Origin: Candidatus Latescibacterota bacterium
Lineage (GTDB): Bacteria; Latescibacterota; UBA2968; GCA-2709665
NCBI GenBank assembly: GCA_965203805.1
Contig: OZ241917.1
Location: 4,896,001-4,960,000, forward strand
Direction: 5' to 3'
Length of the DNA stretch: 64,000 nucleotides
The position numbers and the translations under genes were made by a program. Below the pieces are notes generated by a model. The model worked only from the letters and a program-made list of their open reading frames with translations. It was not told where the DNA came from and made no database searches. The number at the start of each line of letters is the position of its first letter. The stretch's first letter is position 1. Below, in pieces: positions 10,328-18,404 of the stretch.

Positions 10328-10528
10328 CTACGTCTGGAGTGCTTCTCTAATCGCTTTCTCCATTTGCGGACGAACCTTTTCCATACTCTGACGCGCGGAA
10401 TCCTCTGCCATTTGCAGAATTTCCGCAAGCACTTCCCCTTCAGGTTCGGGCGGAGTCACTACCTCAGGAGTCAGATACTTCTCTTTTCCTTCCCGCGCCG
10501 GTTTCACCTGACGAGATGTCCGAGCCAT
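10328..10528 (-). CDS. Small 66-aa hypothetical protein, partner of the Ntn-hydrolase-like gene
   Basis: AGGAGGA RBS 6 nt before the ATG; overlaps the 3' end of the upstream gene. Confidence 0.6.
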   Translation of the reverse strand: MARTSRQVKPAREGKEKYLTPEVVTPPEPEGEVLAEILQMAEDSARQSMEKVRPQMEKAIREALQT

Positions 10529-11870
10529 GGCGTGTCCTCCTGTATGAAGTTCTCTCGAAATAAGATGGATTTAACTCAGGTGAAAAATAGTGTTTTCGCT
10601 TTATCCAAATCAACCCGTCGCCCTTGGTAATCAACGCTACGTCAGTTGGGCCACCTACCGTCTCTTCCTCGCTTGATACACGTCTCTTTAGGACAGTCAG
10701 ATTAACAAGTGATTCAGCCATTTCCGCCAGTTGCTCTTTTGGCAACGCTGCCACGACTTTTACGATCGGCTGCGCGAAATATTGCGAACCGACTTTTCTA
10801 ATTTCCTCGACAAAAGAATCTGCCAACTGTGGGTAATATTGCGCCAGCACTTCGTGCAATTTATCCGTGTCTATTTCCAAATTTTCATCCAATATATCCA
10901 GCAAGTCGTCGGTATATCTTCTCAAGTGTGATATTACGGACTGGTGTAGATATGGGATATAATCACGTGAAATACCTTCCATGAATTGATAGACCATATC
11001 GATCTGGGCAAACGGAACAATCCAAGTTGGATTGTCTGTACTTAGTGCCACGTGCTTGATCGAATGCACCTTGAGTATATCTTTGACCATCCCCTCGATT
11101 TGAAACATTGAAATCGCTGGAAATATGTCCTGGTCGCCGAACCCGGAGACGACGACACCCGAAGTGAGTCCGGAAGGTGGATAGCCTTTAACTTGATCAA
11201 AGTAGCCACAGATTGCCTTTACAGCGATATAATTGAGCTTCTGAGGGAATCCCCGTCTAAATTGGAGTTGGCCAAACACGGACGCGCGCTTGTCTCGAAG
11301 GTGCTTGCGCATCGATTCCCGCGTTGTTTTCTCGAAATCACCCGGAGCACTTTCAATTAGATCGGCTTTTTTCGCCCTTGCGTGAAACTCATTCACAACT
11401 TCCTCAGTCAATTCACATTCTAACTGTCCGACTTCTTCGATTTCAAATCGGCCGGTTTGTTCGGTCGCCTGAGCGATCGTCTTATCCAACCGCCTCTGTA
11501 TTTCCTGCCTAATCTCAGAAAAAATCTGCTCGGCCAAGTGAATTGCATAATCCAGTTGATGTTGGTCGCTTATTCGGTCGCCTATTTCCCGTTCCAGGAA
11601 TTCGCAGAAATCGTCAGCGTACTCGTGGAGTTTAGTAAAGGTCCTATTCCCCAGAATACGCCTGTACTCCTTCACAATCGTTTCCCAGGGAATTGACATG
11701 AAACCGGCGTTGCCATAAACAAGGATTCCAACTGGTGCAACCTCGGAGAGAGCGAAGAGTTTATTCGCTGAAGAGAAGATCTTCTGATTGCCGCCTGGAT
11801 ATGTTGTAATTGCGCTATCGGCTGCCAATGCAACAGCTTGGAGATTCAGGATGGCTATTTCGGCTGTCAT
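10464..11870 (-). CDS. Proteasome-beta/HslV-like Ntn-hydrolase with a large helical insertion
   Basis: N-terminal M-T, AADS, NKLF lysine and C-terminal VGGPTDVALITK motif. Confidence 0.65.
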   Translation of the reverse strand: MTAEIAILNLQAVALAADSAITTYPGGNQKIFSSANKLFALSEVAPVGILVYGNAGFMSIPWETIVKEYRRILGNRTFTKLHEYADDFCEFLEREIGDRISDQHQLDYAIHLAEQIFSEIRQEIQRRLDKTIAQATEQTGRFEIEEVGQLECELTEEVVNEFHARAKKADLIESAPGDFEKTTRESMRKHLRDKRASVFGQLQFRRGFPQKLNYIAVKAICGYFDQVKGYPPSGLTSGVVVSGFGDQDIFPAISMFQIEGMVKDILKVHSIKHVALSTDNPTWIVPFAQIDMVYQFMEGISRDYIPYLHQSVISHLRRYTDDLLDILDENLEIDTDKLHEVLAQYYPQLADSFVEEIRKVGSQYFAQPIVKVVAALPKEQLAEMAESLVNLTVLKRRVSSEEETVGGPTDVALITKGDGLIWIKRKHYFSPELNPSYFERTSYRRTRHGSDISSGETGAGRKREVSDS

Positions 11871-12419
11871 ATTCTTAAGAGCTTCTGTTATTATCCGAGC
11901 CCCGGTTGAATAGTACTCTGGTATCGGGGAAAAAAACCCAGAGCACTCAGGTGCTCCTGAAACATCACGGTGTCCCGGTCGCTATAGCTGTCTGAATATA
12001 ATTTCGAGACAATAGACAGAAAAGTCAATTCTACCCGCGTCGGAAACCGCTCGATACCAGTGTGAATGCAAAAAAGACAATTGCCTTACAACTGCCTCAA
12101 ATAGACAGGATCTATATCTGCAGAACCCGACCCTTCCATAGATAGCGGTGCCAAAACAATATCCGATCCTTCAGAGTAATTCGGATGCCAGACTACATGG
12201 ACGGCCAATATTGCACGGGCTAGGTCAACCACGTCAACCCCCGTAAGATATAATAACTGAAGCCGCAGCCAACGCGCAAGTCGGGATTCGGCTTTTGTGG
12301 CCAACATGCAGCGGCTACACTTTCGTCAATTCACCCCGTCGCTTTATGCGCTCAGCTAACGCAAGTCCGAACCCGCGTTGTCTTTTCTCACTTCGAATCA
12401 GCAATATATGTGCCGCCCC

Positions 12420-12614
12420 TCAGCATTGCCCCTGATTCTTCGACTCAGAGGTAATGCGGCGAGCATGATTGCGGACGTACTCACGGCCGGAAACGCTTTG
12501 TCTGGCTTGAATGTCTCTGAAAATCGCCCTAATGTCGTAGCCAAACCGAGCCGCGTGTTCGTCCCGGACAGCCCGAACTTCGGCGATAATCGGGTCTATC
12601 TGACGTTTCTTCAT
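12420..12614 (-). CDS. Small protein resembling PIN-toxin partners (orphan)
   Basis: DPIIAEVRAVRDEHAARFGYDIRAIF pattern; no intact PIN gene upstream. Confidence 0.6.
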   Translation of the reverse strand: MKKRQIDPIIAEVRAVRDEHAARFGYDIRAIFRDIQARQSVSGREYVRNHARRITSESKNQGQC

Positions 12615-12768
12615 TTAATTCGAGTATCCTATTGCCGGATCTTGCGAGTCCAGACCGTGCCCCAACCCCACCACCAATGACCGGCTTTTTGCACAATCTT
12701 CGATGCGCCCGATTTACGGCGCCAAAACTCCGCTGAAGACTCGTATCACTGAATTTTGTCGGGTAGGG

Positions 12769-14100
12769 TCAGATTGTCGACCGGCGTGGCCGGTCTGGAT
12801 GCCGGTATCTGATGCCGGCGATCTTTTCTTCCTGGTCCTCCCAGTAGTCGTGTATAAAGGCGACGATATGCACGGCGTTCTCGACGACTATGTGGAGATG
12901 GTTCTCGTAGAACTTCGCTCGGGGGTAGGAGCGCCATCTGACGATTGGACCTTGGGCAGACCAGACGTCGCTATCGCTGCGGTAAACGTGCAGTTGATCG
13001 GATGTCTCAAGCAGAATTCCGAAGTACGCCAGACCGGCCTTGATTGCGTCGGTTTTTTCTTTGAGGGGAATTGAACCGACGGAACCGAAGGGAGATTCAC
13101 GGTGCTGGAGGCGGGCTTCGTTCCTCGCCTCGGAGCCGGAGGCAGTCATCGTCTTGTCAGAAACCAGCAACGCTTTGGGCGCGTCGATTTCTGGCTTTGT
13201 GACGTTTTTCTGCACATATCGCATCACGGTTACTTCGCCACTGGAGATGCCGCAAATCTTGTCTCCGGCGCCCCAGCTTAAGCCGTTTACACGTTCTGTC
13301 CGAAGTATCTCCGATCCATCGAATTCACGAATGAACTCCCGCCGGAGACGCCCCGACCTGGCAGGATCCGGTTGCCAGCCGAAAGCCAGCAGACAGGATT
13401 CTCCAACCAGTGACGTGCTGTAGACACTCGCAAATGCCCAGTCCGCATAGGAAGAATGTCGGGACGTCAATTGCCTAACGCTGCCATTTTTGCCATCGGA
13501 TCCCGAAAAGTAGACGTTTCCGCCATTCGTATCATCATCGCGCGAACGAAGGTCCAATTCGAAGAGTCCGTCATCGCCAGCAGAAAGAGCCATTCGTCCT
13601 TGTGATGCCGAGGCCGAATAGACCTGGGCATCCCAGTGCTTCTTCGGTCTGGAACTGACCGGGTACCGCCGGTTATTTCGATGGGCTGTAGCAGACCAGA
13701 GCCCGCCATAGGTGACGAGATAGAGTCTATTATTGAAAATCAACGTGTCCGTGGGGAGTTCCGAGACCGGATTGTCCTGTTCGCCATATAGGGCCTTATT
13801 CAGTAATCCTGGCGTTATGACCGGAGCTTCAGCCCTGAGCTTAACAAGACTCGTATCAAGCAGCTTCCGAAATGACGGATCGTCGAACACAGCGAGAACG
13901 TCTGGATTGTACAGGGAGTTTCCACGTAACCAAGCCGCTTTGACTGCGAGGGACCCACCGGCTTTTGGATACGCCAGATCGATCAGTCTCTCCCAGTCGT
14001 ACACGGAAAGACGGCCATTATAGTGCCAGAGGTACAAGCGACCTCGGTAGATCTGCACATCCCAGAAATCGCCCGGAATCGAAAGTATCAAAGGTTGCAT
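12769..14100 (-). CDS. Hypothetical beta-rich (propeller-like) protein
   Basis: 443-aa ORF from ATG 14100 with purine-rich RBS; Trp/Tyr-rich strands; overlaps the stop of the upstream small gene. Confidence 0.7.
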   Translation of the reverse strand: MQPLILSIPGDFWDVQIYRGRLYLWHYNGRLSVYDWERLIDLAYPKAGGSLAVKAAWLRGNSLYNPDVLAVFDDPSFRKLLDTSLVKLRAEAPVITPGLLNKALYGEQDNPVSELPTDTLIFNNRLYLVTYGGLWSATAHRNNRRYPVSSRPKKHWDAQVYSASASQGRMALSAGDDGLFELDLRSRDDDTNGGNVYFSGSDGKNGSVRQLTSRHSSYADWAFASVYSTSLVGESCLLAFGWQPDPARSGRLRREFIREFDGSEILRTERVNGLSWGAGDKICGISSGEVTVMRYVQKNVTKPEIDAPKALLVSDKTMTASGSEARNEARLQHRESPFGSVGSIPLKEKTDAIKAGLAYFGILLETSDQLHVYRSDSDVWSAQGPIVRWRSYPRAKFYENHLHIVVENAVHIVAFIHDYWEDQEEKIAGIRYRHPDRPRRSTI

Positions 14101-14455
14101 TTCTTCCCTCCGGATATCTTCGCGACGTGGTGCTTCTGAAGGAGCCCCTGCTTGACCCAAATCTTGAGCACACATATAGGCGGACGATCCTGGGTGCGTC
14201 TCCGATAATCCGCAGGATAACCGTGCCATTTGGATATGGTACTACCGTCAACGAACTTCCCGAAGAATAGTGATTCCCTGTGAACATTGATTCCGACTGT
14301 CCGAAGGCGACGACCTCCGGGCTCGGCCGCCCAACAAATCTGACCTGGACTGCGCGCCGTAGGTAACGCAGCCTTAAACAAGGCGACTTCGTCATCTATG
14401 GAAATTGTCCACGTGCAGCTTTCGCTCGTTGGCGATCCACGGTGCTTTGGATGGA
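14088..14455 (-). CDS. Small toxin-like protein with HPKHR and WHGYP motifs; start uncertain, possibly 5'-truncated
   Basis: Frame extends upstream of the track's 14381 start: FHPKHRGSPTSESCTWTISIDDEVALF...KWHGYPADY; the 5' end runs into a DUF5131 fragment. Confidence 0.55.
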
Positions 14456-14480
14456 AGGCAATGGATGGAGTATTCGGAAA
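14447..14480 (+). repeat. Degenerate direct repeat of the DUF5131 gene 3' end
   Basis: TTGGATGGAAGGCAATGGATGGAGTATTCGGA (LDGRQWMEYSE) versus CTGGACGGAAGGGAATGGATGGAGTATCCGGA (LDGREWMEYPE) at about 10200-10231. Confidence 0.75.
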
Positions 14481-14549
14481 GAGTAAACAAACGTCACACT
14501 TCGACTATAACGACTATTTCGGCTTGAGTGAATCGCGAAAAAAATAGCG

Positions 14550-14578
14550 TTGACTTGATAAATCGTATTCTGTATATT
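14550..14578 (+). promoter_or_regulatory. Sigma70 promoter upstream of the SDH protease
   Basis: TTGACT-N17-TATATT. Confidence 0.55.
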
Positions 14579-14784
14579 TTTGATAGTCGCTCCTGTAGCA
14601 AAATTAGTGCCATGAATGGGATCAATGCTATAGATTTAACCCGATACCCAAAAACAGTTGGGGCGATCGAAGTTGATTTTGCTGCGGTTTCGACAATCCA
14701 TCCTTGAAATTGTCTCAATCCAGCGCGTATCCTCACAATACAAAGCCTATTTTCCTTTCTTTGTAATTTTCAAATCCTCAAGCA

Positions 14785-15684
14785 ATGGATCATCCAATTG
14801 CACCTCCTAAGGGAGCCAATTCCCTTGTTGAAGCACGCTTATCCGAACTCCTCAAGGAAATTGAGAAAGAGACAGACACCGATTGCCTTTTTTACAGTGG
14901 GCCTATCGCTTTCGGTGCAGATAATCGGATTCGCGACGCCGTAGAGTCTTTCGATGTACGACGGGGAAAGCTTCTTTTTATCTTGGAGACGTCCGGTGGA
15001 TTTGCAGAAGATGCGCGTCGCGTTTCAGATGTTCTAAGGCATCACTTCTGTGAAGTCGACTTTCTGATACCCAGCCATGCGATGTCCGCCGGCACGATAC
15101 TGGCGTTGTCTGGAAATGCAATATGGATGGATTACTACTCAGTACTTGGCCCGATCGATCCGCAGGTACCCAGTCAAGATGGTAGACAGTTTGTTCCTGC
15201 CCTTGGGTATCTGGTCAGGTATGAAGAGTTGGTCGACAAAGCAAATCGTGGAGAAGCAGGTGCTGCCGAACTGCAGATTCTGGTAAATAGCTTTGATCAA
15301 GGTGAACTTTACAAATATACGCAGTCACGCGATTTGTCTGTCGCACTCTTGGTTGAGTGGCTAGAGAAATACAAGTTTAAATACTGGAACAAAACAGAGT
15401 CCCGCAAAAAGCGAGTAACTCGGAAGATGAAGAAAGAACGCGCGCGGGAAATTGCGAATGAATTGAATAATCCAAATAGATGGAACTCACATGGAATTGG
15501 TATCAACATGGAGGTGCTTCGACGCGAACTTAAGTTGCACATTGATGATTTTGGAGAGAGCCAGCCATTAAGAATCGCAGTCCGGAATTACCATAAGCTT
15601 GTAACGGACTATGCACTAAATATGCGGTTCGACAGCCTTGTGCAAACTCGTGAGATCGTCGACGGTCGACGATGGGGAGAGTAA
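14785..15684 (+). CDS. SDH-family ClpP/crotonase-fold serine protease
   Basis: ILETSGG, AMSAGTILAL (catalytic Ser), SVLGPIDPQ, SHGIGI. Confidence 0.85.
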   Translation: MDHPIAPPKGANSLVEARLSELLKEIEKETDTDCLFYSGPIAFGADNRIRDAVESFDVRRGKLLFILETSGGFAEDARRVSDVLRHHFCEVDFLIPSHAMSAGTILALSGNAIWMDYYSVLGPIDPQVPSQDGRQFVPALGYLVRYEELVDKANRGEAGAAELQILVNSFDQGELYKYTQSRDLSVALLVEWLEKYKFKYWNKTESRKKRVTRKMKKERAREIANELNNPNRWNSHGIGINMEVLRRELKLHIDDFGESQPLRIAVRNYHKLVTDYALNMRFDSLVQTREIVDGRRWGE

Positions 15685-15885
15685 GTGATGTTAGATATCG
15701 ATGCACTTTTGAAGAAAAATCCTGGTGCAAAAGAGATTTATGAGAAAAACCAGGCATTGCTTTCTGAGTGCCCACAAGCAAAAAAGGCGAAATACAGACT
15801 TGGAGATCCTTATGGATCTCGACGTCCGGCCGACGATACTTATGGTAGCGAACCCAAGCCAAAAGCGAGCTATATTGTTAACTAA
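15685..15885 (+). CDS. Small 66-aa hypothetical protein, partner of the SDH protease
   Basis: Starts immediately after the protease stop, GGGGAG RBS; followed by a terminator. Confidence 0.6.
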   Translation: MMLDIDALLKKNPGAKEIYEKNQALLSECPQAKKAKYRLGDPYGSRRPADDTYGSEPKPKASYIVN

Positions 15886-15912
15886 AGTTCGTGAGTTCGT
15901 TTAGCGAAAAAG

Positions 15913-15951
15913 AGAGGCCGGGGCTTATAATAGCCTCGGCTTCTGTTTTTT
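15913..15951 (+). terminator. Rho-independent terminator
   Basis: AGAGGCCGGGGCT-tataat-AGCCTCGGCTTCT stem followed by GTTTTTT. Confidence 0.7.
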
Positions 15952-16016
15952 GTGCGAATTAATATGAAAATGTCTAACCGACGCCCCCTCGAATCGCCGT
16001 TGGCCAATTTGTGCGC

Positions 16017-16907
16017 TCACCGCCGAAACCGTGGCGTCCAACTCTCTTCCAGCGCTTCGTCTGAATCTTCCACTTCGAAATAGTCCTCATCAGCGAATTC
16101 TGGGCAAGAGAGAACAGTAAGTACGCGTCCGTAACTTCCAAGCCCGATTACTTCCTCCCAAGCTTGGAGCGAATCTTGGCCTCCAAGCCAGGTAGCGATT
16201 TCGACCTCACCCTCCGCACGGGCTTCCTCTTGCTCTACATCCGATCTGCGTTGTATAGACTCGGTAACAGTATCCGACGGCACCAGCATACCCTTTCTCG
16301 GCCAATCTATACCTCTCAACGACTTCATCTTATCGGACATAAAACAATAGTCAACTGTGCCACTGCTGCTGACAACGATGGCCACAGCCTCGTCTGTAAG
16401 CCCAACATATCGGATCGCCGCTGCTGTAAGAGAGGCTATCGCCTTTTCTCGAACGGCCTCGATACCTTTGAGACCGGCATCCGAGCCATATATGACTTGG
16501 CGAACGAGAGTAGTCGGCATCAAGAGACCAGCTGCGAAGTAGTCTGCCTCACGTTCGTAACGATCAATAGAGACAAATTCTGCCCGTGAATGGTGTTCAT
16601 CCTCTTCGAAAGGAATATGATCAAGATGACCGTCGATAAAGTAGTGCCCGAGTTCATGGGCGATGCTGAATCGCTGAAAACCTTCGTTCGGAACTCGAGT
16701 GGAGTAAAGAATCCCAAAGGAATCGCCATGGCGAAGCAGCATGCCCGATACGCCTTTTCTTGGCGATTGCATCGTTTGTACAATTATCCCGCGGGTCTGT
16801 GCTAATGTCTTTAGATCCACGGGCAGAGCCAGAAGGCTTTCTTCTTTAAGTAACCGTTCGGCTTGGCGCAGAAGCGACTTACCTCGATGTTCGGATACGA
16901 GATTCAT
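16017..16907 (-). CDS. capP: ImmA/IrrE-family metallopeptidase, CapP-like CBASS regulator
   Basis: RFSIAHELGH (HExxH), EREADYFAAGLLMP; coupled to an HTH gene and divergent from CBASS. Confidence 0.8.
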   Translation of the reverse strand: MNLVSEHRGKSLLRQAERLLKEESLLALPVDLKTLAQTRGIIVQTMQSPRKGVSGMLLRHGDSFGILYSTRVPNEGFQRFSIAHELGHYFIDGHLDHIPFEEDEHHSRAEFVSIDRYEREADYFAAGLLMPTTLVRQVIYGSDAGLKGIEAVREKAIASLTAAAIRYVGLTDEAVAIVVSSSGTVDYCFMSDKMKSLRGIDWPRKGMLVPSDTVTESIQRRSDVEQEEARAEGEVEIATWLGGQDSLQAWEEVIGLGSYGRVLTVLSCPEFADEDYFEVEDSDEALEESWTPRFRR

Positions 16908-17263
16908 CGCTCCTCACTGTCGTGTTGCCCACGGTCTCGAGCGGCCAGAAAGCGCAAGAAGTCCTCGGCGGTTTGGCGGTTCTCGCCGGTAAGATTCACA
17001 ACGTCACGATACAGCGGGTCGGCCGAAACCGCCGTGTTGGGATCATCAGCTCTTCCAACTAGATAATCCGTCGTCACATTAAGTGCGTTTGCTAGTTTTC
17101 TAAGGTTGTCAAACGACGGCTTTCTGTTGCCGCCCTCGAAATGGGCGATGGAACTGGGTGGCAGCCCGACCGCTCTTGCGAGCTCAGCTTGAGTCATGCG
17201 TCGCAGGTTTTCTCGTGCTGAACGCAGGCGGTATTGGAAAAATTCGGACGGTCTTTGGGGCAT
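16904..17263 (-). CDS. capH: XRE HTH repressor, CapH-like
   Basis: MTQAELARAVGLPPSSIAHFEGGNRKPSFDNLRKLANALNVTTDYLVGR; divergent from the CBASS operon. Confidence 0.8.
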   Translation of the reverse strand: MPQRPSEFFQYRLRSARENLRRMTQAELARAVGLPPSSIAHFEGGNRKPSFDNLRKLANALNVTTDYLVGRADDPNTAVSADPLYRDVVNLTGENRQTAEDFLRFLAARDRGQHDSEER

Positions 17264-17280
17264 TTTTCTCTTTTTATGTC

Positions 17281-17326
17281 GATTTCGACAATATAACTTG
17301 ACGAATATATCGAAATCCTGTATCTT
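17281..17326 (+). promoter_or_regulatory. CBASS promoter with overlapping inverted-repeat operator
   Basis: TTGACG(17298)-N17-TATCTT(17321); GATTTCGA (17281) and TCGAAATC (17310) flank the -35 box. Confidence 0.6.
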
Positions 17327-17420
17327 CATTTATCAAGATAACATAACAGGGGTCATTTTTGCAAGCGCCAATTTTTCCAACGGGATTTTGTGGCTTTCTG
17401 TAGGGGAGAAAACCGAAAAT

Positions 17421-18404
17421 ATGTGTAAGCCTTTTCACATTTTGTCCATTGATGGCGGCGGACACCGTGGGATTTTTGCTGCCCACATATTGAAGAGAAT
17501 GGAAGAGGAGTGGCAGATTGATTGGCAACGACAATTCGGAATGCTGGCAGGCACCAGCACAGGTGCAATTTTGGCTGCCGGATTGGCTTCTCAAATTTCA
17601 GCAACGCACCTAACTGAATTCTACGAGACCCATGGAAGCGACATTTTCACGCCAAGAAGACGGGCGTACCCAGATCCTTTCAAGCTATTCACGAGCCGGT
17701 ATTCAAGCCCGAAGCTAAAGAAACTCCTTGAGAAGGAGTTCGGTGAAACGCTGCTTGGCGAGATAAAGATCCCGCTCATTCTACCTGCTGTCGACGTCGG
17801 CAACGGATGCGTACATGTCCTTAAGTCCAGGTACGATCCTTCGTTTACCAGGGACTATAGGGTGCGTGTGTCGGATGCTGTTCTAGCGTCGTGCTCTGCG
17901 CCGACCTACTTCGACCCTGTTGTAATTGACGACAAATACCGGCTTGTTGATGGAGGACTCTGGGCTAACAGTCCGTCTCTAGTGGCAGCAATTGATGCCA
18001 ACTACCGCCTCAAAATTCCACTTGAGAAAATCAGAGTGCTTTCCATTGGTACCGGAAAAAGCAAAGTGTTCTATCCTAGGAGCGATGGTAGGTTTAGAGA
18101 CTACTTACTTCGAAGTTGGCAGGGTTGGGGCTTTGTGACTCGTTGGCAGCGCAGTAAGTTCATCGATCTAATCCTGAATCTTCAGTCAGAAAATGCCCAC
18201 AACACGCTCTGCCTTATGTTTGGCGAGAGTCCGATCAATCCGAAACGGGTTCTCCGCTTAAATTTCGAATCGGATCGGCCGTTGCCCCTGGACTCAGTTA
18301 GAAAGCAAAGCGACTGGATTTCTGAAGCGGACCGTACTTTCACCCACCAGTCGGATAAAATAGCACGATTCTTGTCTGTCAAAGGAGGAAATCAAGATGA
18401 ATAG
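17421..18404 (+). CDS. capV: CBASS patatin-like phospholipase effector
   Basis: DGGGHRG, GTSTG, SAPTYF and DGGL motifs; directly upstream of the CD-NTase. Confidence 0.9.
   Translation: MCKPFHILSIDGGGHRGIFAAHILKRMEEEWQIDWQRQFGMLAGTSTGAILAAGLASQISATHLTEFYETHGSDIFTPRRRAYPDPFKLFTSRYSSPKLKKLLEKEFGETLLGEIKIPLILPAVDVGNGCVHVLKSRYDPSFTRDYRVRVSDAVLASCSAPTYFDPVVIDDKYRLVDGGLWANSPSLVAAIDANYRLKIPLEKIRVLSIGTGKSKVFYPRSDGRFRDYLLRSWQGWGFVTRWQRSKFIDLILNLQSENAHNTLCLMFGESPINPKRVLRLNFESDRPLPLDSVRKQSDWISEADRTFTHQSDKIARFLSVKGGNQDE

Noticed and set aside
16017-17263. ImmA/ImmR pair as an ICE regulator
   Set aside because: No integrase or conjugation genes; divergent position next to CBASS fits CapH/CapP.
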